DNA of 64,000 nt. Origin: a virus (taxonomy: Duplodnaviria > Caudoviricetes). The notes below the pieces were generated by a model. That model saw only the letters and a list, made by a program, of their open reading frames with translations, was not told the DNA's origin and did no database searches. The stretch is from the IMG/VR virus record IMGVR_UViG_2870517152_000001, positions 7,231-71,230 of that record; one strand, written 5' to 3'. This document shows positions 44,715 to 53,762 of the stretch, piece after piece. Both the position numbers and the translations under genes were made by a program. The number at the start of each line of letters is the position of its first letter. Position 1 is the stretch's first letter.

Positions 44715-46205
44715 TTACGCCGAGTTCTGGGCTTCCTTGAGGGCCCGCACAACCTCCACGAGATGGCCGTTGTTGGTCGGCAGCGACACCTTGTTCTGCG
44801 CCGCCCACTGCTTCAGCCGGTCCCTGCCGAACCCCGCCGGGACGCCGCGCATGATGAGGTCGTCCACGTAGGTCTGGATGCGCGCCCGGTGCGCGTCAGC
44901 GGCGGTGGAGTCCGTCAGCTCATGCCGGGTCCGGCCGGCCAGCCACGCCCCGCCACGCTCCTTCTCGCCCCGCCGCGTGATGTGGAAGACGTCGTCCCCG
45001 AGCCCGGTCCGGGTGTGGGTGCGCAGCATCTTGAGCCGGGTGGTGACCGCCTCGACGGTGTCGGTGAAGGTTCGGGTTTCGTCGTAGGCGGTGAGCTCCC
45101 ACACGTGGTCGACGTCCTGCGTCTTCGCCGAGGATCCGCGGGAGCCTTTCTCGATGTCTTTGCCGAAGTGGTCGAGCCGGATGGAGGCGATGCCGCGGGA
45201 TTTGAGCGGCTCGTGGACGCGCCGGTACAGCTCGAGCCAGGTGTCGGAGTCGTTCTCCTTGCCGGAGATGTAGCGGGAGACGGTGTCGAGGATGACGACG
45301 TCGCGGGGCTGTTCGTCGACGATGGCGAGCAGTTCGCTGGCGGCGGTGTCGGAGGCGTTGAGGGCGCCGGAGAAGCGGGGGAACATCCGGTAGTCGAAGC
45401 GCTCGTTGAGGACGGCGAGGTCGTCGTCGGTGGCGCCGAACGCGGACAGGCGGGTGACGATGTCGCGCAGCGAGTTTTCGCGGTCGAAGTAGAGGACGTT
45501 GATGGGTTCGCGGCGGATGTCGCCGAGCGCGGGCCTGCCGGTGATGGCTCGCCAGATCCAGTCGAGGGTGAAGATGGACTTGCCGACTTTGCCGTCGCCG
45601 ACGAGGGCGACTTGCTGGCCGCGCTCGAGCCACCGCCCGGGCAGCCAGTTGATTTCGGAGAAGTCGGTGGCGAACGCGTCCGTCCAGTCGAGGCGGGGGA
45701 ACCGGTCGCCGGTGTCGGCGGCGGGGGTGCCGCCGATGGAGAGGTTGTCGGCGGACTTGAGGAGGTCCTCGCCGAGCGTGCGCAGCCGGTCGGGCCCGTC
45801 GTCGGGGTCCTGCTCCTTGATCTCGCGGATGGCGCGCTCGAGCCTGTAGATGCTCTCGCGGTTGGACCAGTGCCGCATGACGATGCGGGCGTGGTAGGCG
45901 GGGTCGCCGGCGAGGAGCCCGGCCGACATGACGGTGTGCAGGTAGTCGCCGCCGCCGGCCTGGCCGAGGGTTTTGTTGCGCTGCAGGTAGTCGTGGACGG
46001 CGATGGTGTCGGTGGGGGCGTCCTGGTCGGCGAGGTCGAGGATGGCGCTGTAGATGACCTGGTGCTGGCTGCGGAAGAACGCCCGGGGTTCGGGGATGAC
46101 GGCGCGGATGTGCGGGACGATGTAGAGCACGGTCATGCAGGTGCCGAGGACCGCCTGCTCGGCTTGGAGGTCCCACAGTTGGTTGGGGTCCTGCTCGGAG
46201 GTCAA
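44715..46205 (-). CDS. Replicative helicase-like protein (DnaB N-terminal-like plus AAA_25 ATPase)
   Basis: AEQAVLG N-terminal motif; Walker A GDGKVGKS; VILDT Walker B; LDHFGK...RGSSA. Confidence 0.85.
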   Translation of the reverse strand: MTSEQDPNQLWDLQAEQAVLGTCMTVLYIVPHIRAVIPEPRAFFRSQHQVIYSAILDLADQDAPTDTIAVHDYLQRNKTLGQAGGGDYLHTVMSAGLLAGDPAYHARIVMRHWSNRESIYRLERAIREIKEQDPDDGPDRLRTLGEDLLKSADNLSIGGTPAADTGDRFPRLDWTDAFATDFSEINWLPGRWLERGQQVALVGDGKVGKSIFTLDWIWRAITGRPALGDIRREPINVLYFDRENSLRDIVTRLSAFGATDDDLAVLNERFDYRMFPRFSGALNASDTAASELLAIVDEQPRDVVILDTVSRYISGKENDSDTWLELYRRVHEPLKSRGIASIRLDHFGKDIEKGSRGSSAKTQDVDHVWELTAYDETRTFTDTVEAVTTRLKMLRTHTRTGLGDDVFHITRRGEKERGGAWLAGRTRHELTDSTAADAHRARIQTYVDDLIMRGVPAGFGRDRLKQWAAQNKVSLPTNNGHLVEVVRALKEAQNSA

Positions 46206-46268
46206 CCGGTCCCCCCTGGACGGTGTGCGTTCGGATGGTGGGCTATGGGGTGGGGCGGCGTGGCCGCC

Positions 46269-46463
46269 TCAGAACAGCGGGTCCTGCGCGCGGCCCTCGA
46301 GCGGTTCGTCGGTGACGGGCCCGGCTTGGCGCGCCTTCTGGAGGTGCTTGGGCGCGCATTCGTCGCAGGACAGGGCGCTGTAGAGGGTGCGGCCGGGCCG
46401 TCGGCCGGTGATGATGCGGGTGGCCGGCCGCCGGCAGGTGCTGCACGAGCTGACCCGCTGCAT
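46269..46463 (-). CDS. Small Zn-finger protein (64 aa)
   Basis: CSTC and CDEC motifs; GGAGG RBS. Confidence 0.55.
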   Translation of the reverse strand: MQRVSSCSTCRRPATRIITGRRPGRTLYSALSCDECAPKHLQKARQAGPVTDEPLEGRAQDPLF

Positions 46464-46478
46464 GGGGGCCTCCGCGGG

Positions 46479-46937
46479 TCACGCCGTCCACCGTCGGACT
46501 TCTATGCCGGCGCGGGCCGCTCGGCGGGCGCAGTCGGTGGCGCCGCGGGAGTCGTCGCGGATGAAGGCGAGGCAGATGTCGGCGCCAAGGTCGACCATTT
46601 GCTGGTTGCGGGTGAGGCCCGCGGTGGGGCAGTAGCTCGTGCCGTCGCCGCGGCGCCGGCGGTGGGCGGTGCGGCAGTGTTGGCCGCAGGGGGCGGTCCA
46701 GTCGGCCGGGTGCTGTTCGACTGCGAGGACCTGGCCCGCGTTGTCGCGCCATCCGGCCTGGTCTTCGCAGTAGGAGTCGGCGATGGCGTCGGCGCCGCGT
46801 GGGCAGTGGCCGTGGACGACGACGAACTCGGTCTCCCCGTTCTTGACCTGCGCGCCGATGGTGTCGTCCAGGGCGCGCCACACGGTCTCCCAGTCCGTCC
46901 AGGTGCGGCTGCCGGTGATGAGGATGCGATAGGTCAC
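46479..46937 (-). CDS. SLOG-family protein (DUF2493/YspA-like)
   Basis: RILITGSR...VVHG.CPRGADA...AG..RNQQMV...AF...SRGA..C. Confidence 0.85.
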   Translation of the reverse strand: MTYRILITGSRTWTDWETVWRALDDTIGAQVKNGETEFVVVHGHCPRGADAIADSYCEDQAGWRDNAGQVLAVEQHPADWTAPCGQHCRTAHRRRRGDGTSYCPTAGLTRNQQMVDLGADICLAFIRDDSRGATDCARRAARAGIEVRRWTA

Positions 46938-47227
46938 GTCGTCTCCTGCAGGAGGTCGGTGTCGATGGCGATGACGATGCCGGGGGCGAGTTTGATGAGC
47001 GGCCGTCCGCCAAGGTGGGCCCGTGCGACGAGGGCGGCGACGTCGGCGGTGAGTCCGGCGGCGACGAGCCGGCGCATCAGGTCGGCCACCTGAAGCTCGG
47101 TCTGGGGCCAGTCACGGCGGATGCCGTGCCCCCACGTGGAGGGGCGGAGTAGGCCGCGGTCGATCCAGTAGTTGAGGGTGCGCGGGGTGAGTCCGCGGTC
47201 GAGCACCTCCTGGAGGGTGAGCGTCAT
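46934..47227 (-). CDS. MerR-like HTH protein
   Basis: GLTPRTLNYWIDRGLLRP motif. Confidence 0.75.
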   Translation of the reverse strand: MTLTLQEVLDRGLTPRTLNYWIDRGLLRPSTWGHGIRRDWPQTELQVADLMRRLVAAGLTADVAALVARAHLGGRPLIKLAPGIVIAIDTDLLQETT

Positions 47228-47451
47228 CCCGCCTCCTGCCCGTGCTGGGCGGTGCAGGTGGCGCACCGGCTGGTGGGCGGGCAGTACAGCCGGTTTGGGG
47301 CGCAGTGCGCGCCCTGGCCGGGCTCGGGCTTTCCTGCGAGTGCGGCCGGCGTGCAGGACTTACAGCGGGGCCCGCAGATGTAGAAGCGGGTGGGGGTGCC
47401 GCCGCAGTGCTTGCCTGCGGCGGCGTCCCAGCGCTTGCACGGCGTGCTCAT
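47224..47451 (-). CDS. Small Cys-rich protein (75 aa)
   Basis: ATGA coupling; multiple Cys. Confidence 0.55.
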   Translation of the reverse strand: MSTPCKRWDAAAGKHCGGTPTRFYICGPRCKSCTPAALAGKPEPGQGAHCAPNRLYCPPTSRCATCTAQHGQEAG

Positions 47452-48425
47452 GGCACCAGCTCGTCGGCGTCGAACAGCGCTGGGGCGGGGGCGCTCTCCT
47501 GCTCGGCGGCGGCCATGTTCTTGACGGCCTGCCGGTAGTAGGAGGGCTTGAGCTCGATGCCGATGCCGTACCGGCCGGCCCGGACCGCGCTGTACACCTC
47601 GGAGCCGACGCCCATGAACGGGGTGAGCACTCGCTCGCCGGGGTTGGACCACAGCACGAGGCACCGGTCGATGACGTCGAGCTGCAGCGGGTGGACGTGC
47701 TTCTCGTCCTCCTCATCGCGCGCCTCCCGGTACGGCAGCACCCGGTCGAGGCGGACGTCGTCCCAGAAGGCGCTGGCGTACTGCCGCCAGATCCAGTGGC
47801 TGTAGCGGTTCTCGGTCTGCTTGCCCTCCCAGCCGCGATAGCGCAGCAGCTCGGCGGGCGGACGGCGTTCGCCGGCGTACTCGGTCAGGCCGGTGGGGTG
47901 GGCGATGGGAACCGGGTTGTCGCCGTGGCGACGGAAGATCAGGAGGTAGTCGGCGGAGGCGACGCCGCAGCGGGAGGAGTCGTCCACGATGGTGCGGTGG
48001 GCGAGCGACTTCATCAGCGTCCGGTTGCGGACGGTCAGGGGCTCCTTCCACACGTGGTAGCGGGCGGCGTAGCCGAAGCCGGCCTTCTCGTGCAGGCGGA
48101 TGATGTCGCCGGGGAAGTCGAGCAGGCAGTCGCCGCGGCCGGTGTTGGACTTGGGGATGTCCATGCAGTGCACGGCCGTGATCCGGCCGGGCATGGTGAG
48201 CCGGGCGATCTCGCGGACGACGTACTCGTAGTGCTCCAGGAACTCGTCGTAGGTGCGGCAGTTGGACAGGTCGCGCTCGCTGGAGGAGTACTGGTAGAGC
48301 CCGGCGAAGGGCGGGCTGTAGATGGACAGGTGGATGCTGCCGTCGGGCAGGGCGGGCATGACTTCCATGCAGTCGCCCAGGTAGAGGGCGTACTGGTCGC
48401 TGATCGTCTGCTCTATGACGCCCAC
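47448..48425 (-). CDS. DNA methyltransferase, N4-C/N6-A beta class
   Basis: GDC...SPPF motif IV precedes HP...VLTPFMGVGS motif I and GIELK. Confidence 0.92.
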   Translation of the reverse strand: MGVIEQTISDQYALYLGDCMEVMPALPDGSIHLSIYSPPFAGLYQYSSSERDLSNCRTYDEFLEHYEYVVREIARLTMPGRITAVHCMDIPKSNTGRGDCLLDFPGDIIRLHEKAGFGYAARYHVWKEPLTVRNRTLMKSLAHRTIVDDSSRCGVASADYLLIFRRHGDNPVPIAHPTGLTEYAGERRPPAELLRYRGWEGKQTENRYSHWIWRQYASAFWDDVRLDRVLPYREARDEEDEKHVHPLQLDVIDRCLVLWSNPGERVLTPFMGVGSEVYSAVRAGRYGIGIELKPSYYRQAVKNMAAAEQESAPAPALFDADELVP

Positions 48426-49786
48426 GCGGGCACCTCCACGGGTGTCGGGTAGTCGGTGATGCGGCGGATCGCGGCGGCGTCGCGCATGTGGGCGACGAGG
48501 GCGTCGAACATGGCGTCGGCCTGCCGTGCCTTGCGTTCGAGGTTGGCCAGGGCCCGGGAGCCGCCTTCGGTGGTGACGATGTCGACGGTCACCGGCCGGG
48601 TCTGGCCGTAGCGCCAGCAGCGGCGGACGGCCTGGTAGTACTGCTCGTAGGAGTGGCTGGGGAAGAACGTCATGCGGTGGCAGTGCTGCCAGTTCAGCCC
48701 CCAGCCGGCGATGGTCGGCTTGGTGACGAGGACCCGGATGTCGCCGCGGGAGAACGCGGCGAGCGCCTCCTCCTTGGCCTCGACTGGGTCGGAGCCCTTC
48801 ACCTGCACGGCGCCGGGGATGAGGTGGGTGAGCAGGTCGCCTTCGTCGTTGAGCTGGCACCAGGCGATGCCGTGCTCGGGCCCGTCGAGGAGTGCGGCCG
48901 CCGCTTCGCACCGCTCGGTCACGGTGCGGCGGGCCTCTTCGCGCTCCTCCTGCAGGCTGGCGGCGGGCACGTCGAACAGCACGCCGTCGGCTGGGCGGCG
49001 GGCCTGGACGATGTGCTGGCGGTGCACCAGCTCGGGCAGGGCGAACCCGTCGTCGATGTGGCCGTAGTCGGACGGGCGGCGCAGGGCGCGCGCCCACGAG
49101 GCGACCCACTGCCAGAAGGGCCGCTCGGCGTGGCCCTTGAACCTCCACTTGGCGGCCTGGCCGAGGTAGCCGCGGCCGGTGGAGGCGTTGCGCTGGTCGT
49201 TGACGAAGAACCGGCCGAGCATGTCCATGTAGCCGAGCTCGCCGAGGGCCTCGCTCGAGGTGCCGAGTTCGATGTAGTCGTTCGGCGCGGCCGTGGCGGT
49301 GGCGAGCAGCCGGTAGGGCATCTTGCGCAGGAAGTCGGTGACCAGCGCGCGCCGGGCCCCGTCGAACGCTTTGATGGCGGATGACTCGTCGCAGACCACG
49401 CCGGCGTATTCGTCGCGGTCGAAGTGGTGCAGCCGGTCGTAGTTGGTGATGGTGATGGCGGCGGCCGGGCGACCGTTCCGGGAGACGGCCGCCTCGATCC
49501 CGAACTTCGCCGCCTCGGTCTCGGTCTGGTAGGCGACCGCGAGCGGGGTTACGACGAGCACCGGCCGCCCGGTGTGCTGGTGGACCTGGTTCGCCCACAC
49601 GAGCTGCATCGGGGTTTTGCCGAGGCCGCAGTCGGCGAAGACGGCCGCGCGTCCCTTGCGGGTGGCCCAGTCCACGAGGTCGGCCTGGAACGGGAACAGG
49701 AAGCCGGGCAGCGCGTCGGCCGCGAAGCCGTGCTCGCCGCCGAGCTGGGCCCGGCGCGCGAGGAAGCCGGCGTAGGTGGTGGCCAT
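48413..49786 (-). CDS. SNF2-like SF2 helicase
   Basis: ADCGLGKT, CDESS, LLATATAAPN, TKP.IAGWGLNWQ, QAVRRCWRYGQ motifs. Confidence 0.9.
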   Translation of the reverse strand: MATTYAGFLARRAQLGGEHGFAADALPGFLFPFQADLVDWATRKGRAAVFADCGLGKTPMQLVWANQVHQHTGRPVLVVTPLAVAYQTETEAAKFGIEAAVSRNGRPAAAITITNYDRLHHFDRDEYAGVVCDESSAIKAFDGARRALVTDFLRKMPYRLLATATAAPNDYIELGTSSEALGELGYMDMLGRFFVNDQRNASTGRGYLGQAAKWRFKGHAERPFWQWVASWARALRRPSDYGHIDDGFALPELVHRQHIVQARRPADGVLFDVPAASLQEEREEARRTVTERCEAAAALLDGPEHGIAWCQLNDEGDLLTHLIPGAVQVKGSDPVEAKEEALAAFSRGDIRVLVTKPTIAGWGLNWQHCHRMTFFPSHSYEQYYQAVRRCWRYGQTRPVTVDIVTTEGGSRALANLERKARQADAMFDALVAHMRDAAAIRRITDYPTPVEVPAWAS

Positions 49787-50871
49787 CAGCTGACCCGGAG
49801 GCTCATGACGAGGCACTTGTACGTGCCGTCCTCGGATCGGAACTGGGCGGGTCGGGCCGGACCGGTCATGCCGATGGTGGCCGGGCCGTCGATCGCGCCG
49901 AGGGCGTCCAGGAGGTATTGGGCCTGGAAGGCGATCTCGATGGGGTCGCCGTTGAGCTTGCATTCGACGGTGTCGGTGCCGCGGCCGGTGGTGGCGTCGC
50001 CGGCGCGGACGAGTACCTGTTCCCGGTCCCACGCGAGGTGGATGGCGGGAGCCTTGCGGTCGGCGACGAGGGCGACGCGCTTAATCGCGGCAGCGAGGGC
50101 GGTGGCGTCCACGGTGGCCGTGATGGCGGTGTCCATGCTGGTGCGGGCGCGGTAGTCGATGAACTGGTCGTCGAGCAGCCGGACGGTGGTGCTGCGCCCG
50201 GCGTTGGTGAAGCTGGCGAGCCCGTCGCCGATGCCGATCTGCGCGTCGCCGTGGCTGAGCCCCTTGGCGATGTCCTGGAGTTGCCGGGCGCGGATCAGCT
50301 GGCCGAACGGCGCGCCGCTGGGCGTCCAGGTGATGTCGCGGACGGCGATCCGGTATCGGTCGGTGGCGGCCAGGGTGAGCCGGTCGCCGTCGGCGTCGAC
50401 GCGGACGCCGGTGAGCATGGGCAGGGTGTCGTCGCGGCCGGCGGCGGTGGCGACTTGGGCGACGGCGGCGGAGAACTGCTCTGCGTCGATGCTGCCGATG
50501 GTGTCGGGCAGCTCGGGCAGGGTGGGGTAGTCCTCGACCGGGAGGGTGGGCAGGGCGAATTCGGCTCGTCCGCAGGTGAGGACGGCCTCGGTGCCGGTGA
50601 CGGCGAGGTTGAGCATGGCGCGGTCGGGCAGGGCCTTGGCGACCTCGGCGAGGACGCGGCCGGGCAGGAGTGTGAGGCCGGGCTCGGCGACGTCGGCGGG
50701 GATGGTGCCGCGGACGCTGATGTCGTAGTCGAACGCGGAGACGTCGAGCTGGTCGTCGTGGGCGGCGATGAGGAGGCCGGACAGGACGGGGATGTTGGGC
50801 CGGTTGGGGATGGCGCGGGCGGCCCATGCGACGGTGTCGGCGAACGGCTTGGGGTCGATGGTGAGTTTCAT
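49786..50871 (-). CDS. dnaN: DNA polymerase III beta sliding clamp
   Basis: P.L.G.LI...SAFDYDIS, EDYP.LP, DDTLPMLTGV, ATDRYRIA, RLLD.QF.DY, IAFQ..YLLDAL. Confidence 0.92.
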   Translation of the reverse strand: MKLTIDPKPFADTVAWAARAIPNRPNIPVLSGLLIAAHDDQLDVSAFDYDISVRGTIPADVAEPGLTLLPGRVLAEVAKALPDRAMLNLAVTGTEAVLTCGRAEFALPTLPVEDYPTLPELPDTIGSIDAEQFSAAVAQVATAAGRDDTLPMLTGVRVDADGDRLTLAATDRYRIAVRDITWTPSGAPFGQLIRARQLQDIAKGLSHGDAQIGIGDGLASFTNAGRSTTVRLLDDQFIDYRARTSMDTAITATVDATALAAAIKRVALVADRKAPAIHLAWDREQVLVRAGDATTGRGTDTVECKLNGDPIEIAFQAQYLLDALGAIDGPATIGMTGPARPAQFRSEDGTYKCLVMSLRVS

Positions 50872-51251
50872 GCTGCGGGCTCCGCGGTGGTGAAGAGGGT
50901 GAGCTGGGTGTCGGGCTGGGTGGCGAAGCGGGGCGCCTGCTTGGCCAGGTGGGCGTCGAGCGCGGCCCGGGCGGTGTCGGCGTCGCCGGTGATGGTGGCC
51001 AGCGCGACCAGGGCGGTGAGGGCGACGTCGCACAGTTCGTCGGCGACGTCGTCGCGGGTGTGGGTGACGCCCTTGCGCGGGTTCTGGCCGACGGTGCCGA
51101 TGTAGGCGGCGGCGACTTCGCCGGCCTCCTCGACGAGCTTGAGGAGCCGCAGCGTCGTCTCGTGGTCGCTGCGGCCGTTGGCGGCGTCGACCCAGGCGAG
51201 GGCGGCTGTGATGTGCTGCCACAGGCCGTGCTCGGTGGCGGTGGTGGTCAT
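50868..51251 (-). CDS. mazG: MazG-like nucleotide pyrophosphohydrolase
   Basis: LKLVEEAGEVA...GQNPRKG...DELCDV motifs. Confidence 0.88.
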   Translation of the reverse strand: MTTTATEHGLWQHITAALAWVDAANGRSDHETTLRLLKLVEEAGEVAAAYIGTVGQNPRKGVTHTRDDVADELCDVALTALVALATITGDADTARAALDAHLAKQAPRFATQPDTQLTLFTTAEPAA

Positions 51252-51703
51252 GCTGCGGTCCTTTCGCTGGCGCCCGTGAGGGCGCGGCGTTCGGCGGGGG
51301 TGGTGGCGGCCCAGATGCCGTCGTCCTGCGGGTTGGCGGCCACCCAGGCGGCGCACCCTTCCAGGGCGGGGCAGCCACGGCAGATCCGCTTGGCCTGCTC
51401 GACCTGGGTGAGGGCGGGCCCGGCGTTGCCGATCGGGAAGAACAGCTCAGGGTTGTGTCCCCGGCAGGCGGCGCCGCGCAGGTGGCCCGGGCCGCTGCCC
51501 TCGATGGCCGCCGTGGGGTTGGGCGAGGGGATGGGGGCGAAGCGGTGGGTGCTCTGCCAGTCGGTGTTGCCGCGTACGGGCGGGAACCGGTTGAGGGTGC
51601 CGTTCTTGCTGTGGCGGCGCCAGCAGGGTCTGCACAGACCACGGCTGTTGTGGCGGCGCTGCTTGCGGCAGTCGAGGCAGGTGACGGTGAAGGAGTCGCT
51701 CAT
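51248..51703 (-). CDS. whiB: WhiB-family regulator with N-terminal Zn-finger extension
   Basis: AACRG..PELFF...AKRICRGCP...C...GIWA...ERR; extra CLDC...RGLCRPC. Confidence 0.88.
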   Translation of the reverse strand: MSDSFTVTCLDCRKQRRHNSRGLCRPCWRRHSKNGTLNRFPPVRGNTDWQSTHRFAPIPSPNPTAAIEGSGPGHLRGAACRGHNPELFFPIGNAGPALTQVEQAKRICRGCPALEGCAAWVAANPQDDGIWAATTPAERRALTGASERTAA

Positions 51704-53322
51704 GAAGCACGCTCCAGCGGCTCGCCCGTGATGGCCTCGACCAGCGCGGACACGATGATTTCGGCGACGGGCGGGGTGACGGCGTTGCCGTACTGGCGGA
51801 CCTTCTCCCGCTTGTTGCCGAGCACGACGTAGTCCTGGCCGAAGGCCATGGCGCGGCCGATCTCGTGCGGCTCCAGCATCCGGAAGAGCACGTCGTCGAG
51901 GTCGATGTCGGCGAGCCCCTGGGCGATGGCGTACCGGTCGCGGGTCGACAGCGTGCCGATCGGCTCGCTGGCCGGGCGGGCGTAGCCGTTGCCGTAGTAC
52001 GGGGCGAGGAGCGTGACGACGGACTGGTGGCCGGCCGTGGTGAGCGTGCGCATGGGCTCGTCGAAGGGCGTGCACATCTGGCTGGCGTCGCCCCTGGGGG
52101 TGTTGTTGCGCATCACGAACCCGGGCGGTGTGACGAGCCCGTGGTGGTTGCCGGACGCGGTCACGGTGGCGAGCGCCTCGTCGACCGATCGGGCGTCGCT
52201 GCCGCCACCGCGGAGCTCAGCGACGAAGGGCAGCCACGCCAGGCCGGTTTCGTTGCGCGCGGTCTGGGTGCGGAGCGGCGCGGTGGCGGGGGTGGCCTCC
52301 TTGCCCTCGCGGCCCTCGACCGGGACGAGGAGCGGCGGGATGGCGATGCCGTCGTTCTCGCGGGTCGTCCTGGTGGGCATCGGCTGGGTGACCGGGACCG
52401 CGTCGTCTCGCCACGTCCCGCCGGCTGGGACCATGATGGGGCGGGCGTACTTCTCCAGCCCGGCCCGGATCCGGGCGACGGTCTTGTCGGCCAGCGGCTT
52501 GGCTCGGTCGCCGATCCGCTGGCCGGGGATCGTCCAGTCGATCGCGTACGCGGCGGGCAGCGCGGCCGGCTCCACCACGGCGTTGCGGCACGTGGACCGG
52601 GGGCACCGGAAGACGTACTGCTGTCGGTAGCGGCCCATGTCGGCGCCCTGCTGCTTGAACACCTGGATGGCCGACACCCACTCGTCGCAGGCCGGGCAGT
52701 AGGCGGCGGGCCGCAGCCACTTGTCCCAGTCCGGGTCGCGGCCGAGCGAACGGTGCCAGTAGGCGACATACATCCGGTCGCGGGACTGCGGCGCACGTGG
52801 CGTGCGTGAGGCGGGCGCGTGCATGCTGTTCATCGCGATGACCCGAACCTTGTAGCCCAGCGCCCGGATCTCGCCGAGCCAGCGGTCCCACTGATCCCAG
52901 GCCCGAACATCCACGACGTTCTCGACGACGCCTGCCAGGACAAGCCCGCCGCGCTGCTGGACGCCCCGCAGGTACATCGGGACCTCTTCCATGAGCGCGC
53001 GGGACCGCTCGGCCTCCTCGTCGCGCTCCTCGCCGAACAGGGAGTCCTGCATGGAGGTGGCGAAGTCGCGCCGCTTGCCGCGGGCGTTGGACCACTGCGG
53101 GCATTCGGGGGAGGCCCAGAAGATGTCGCAGACGGGCCACCGCTCGACGGGCGCCTCGCGGATGTCGCCGAGGTAGTGGTCGACAGTGGGGAAGTTGGTG
53201 GCGTGGGACTCGATCGCGCGCTTCCAGTGGTTCGCGGCGCGGGTGACCTCGACGCCGGGCACGGCGTGAGCGCCCTGCGAGGAGCCGCCGGCTCCGCAGA
53301 ACCAGTCCATGAGGGTCAGCAC
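51700..53322 (-). CDS. C5-cytosine DNA methyltransferase
   Basis: FCGAGG motif I, SPEC motif IV, VENV motif VI, QSRDR motif VIII, GNAVTPP motif X. Confidence 0.92.
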   Translation of the reverse strand: MLTLMDWFCGAGGSSQGAHAVPGVEVTRAANHWKRAIESHATNFPTVDHYLGDIREAPVERWPVCDIFWASPECPQWSNARGKRRDFATSMQDSLFGEERDEEAERSRALMEEVPMYLRGVQQRGGLVLAGVVENVVDVRAWDQWDRWLGEIRALGYKVRVIAMNSMHAPASRTPRAPQSRDRMYVAYWHRSLGRDPDWDKWLRPAAYCPACDEWVSAIQVFKQQGADMGRYRQQYVFRCPRSTCRNAVVEPAALPAAYAIDWTIPGQRIGDRAKPLADKTVARIRAGLEKYARPIMVPAGGTWRDDAVPVTQPMPTRTTRENDGIAIPPLLVPVEGREGKEATPATAPLRTQTARNETGLAWLPFVAELRGGGSDARSVDEALATVTASGNHHGLVTPPGFVMRNNTPRGDASQMCTPFDEPMRTLTTAGHQSVVTLLAPYYGNGYARPASEPIGTLSTRDRYAIAQGLADIDLDDVLFRMLEPHEIGRAMAFGQDYVVLGNKREKVRQYGNAVTPPVAEIIVSALVEAITGEPLERAS

Positions 53323-53762
53323 GTGGGTACCTCCTTGAGTGAGGCGAGGCCGAGTTCGTAGCCGAGCGCGTCGAAGTACCGCTCCAACGTCGCCACCGTG
53401 AGCTGCTGGCCGGCGGCAGCCTTGCGTTCGGTGATGCCGACGCTCGCTGGGCTGATGTAGAGGAGGGCGGCCAAGTCGGCGCGGGTGACGTGCTGCCGGT
53501 GCCGGAACCCGGCCAGATCGGCCAGTGTCTCGGCGAGGGCGGCGATGACGACGCCGTGCCGGGTGATGACGATCTCGTGGTGGAGTGCCCGGGCGACGGC
53601 GGCGGCGTGCCGGATGTACGGGCTGACCTGGCCGAGTTCCCACCGTCGGAGGGCGCTGTCGGAGACGCCGGCGGCGGGTGCGAGCTGCTGCTGTTCGAGG
53701 TCGCGGTCTTGGCGGAGGTGGCGGAGCTGCTGGTGGAGGGGCAGCGCGAGGGTGGTGATCAC
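53316..53762 (-). CDS. Tandem XRE-type HTH protein
   Basis: Two HTH_3-like units. Confidence 0.75.
   Translation of the reverse strand: MITTLALPLHQQLRHLRQDRDLEQQQLAPAAGVSDSALRRWELGQVSPYIRHAAAVARALHHEIVITRHGVVIAALAETLADLAGFRHRQHVTRADLAALLYISPASVGITERKAAAGQQLTVATLERYFDALGYELGLASLKEVPTC

Noticed and set aside
44763-47093. 776-aa plus-strand ORF
   Set aside because: Antisense shadow of the helicase and neighbouring genes.
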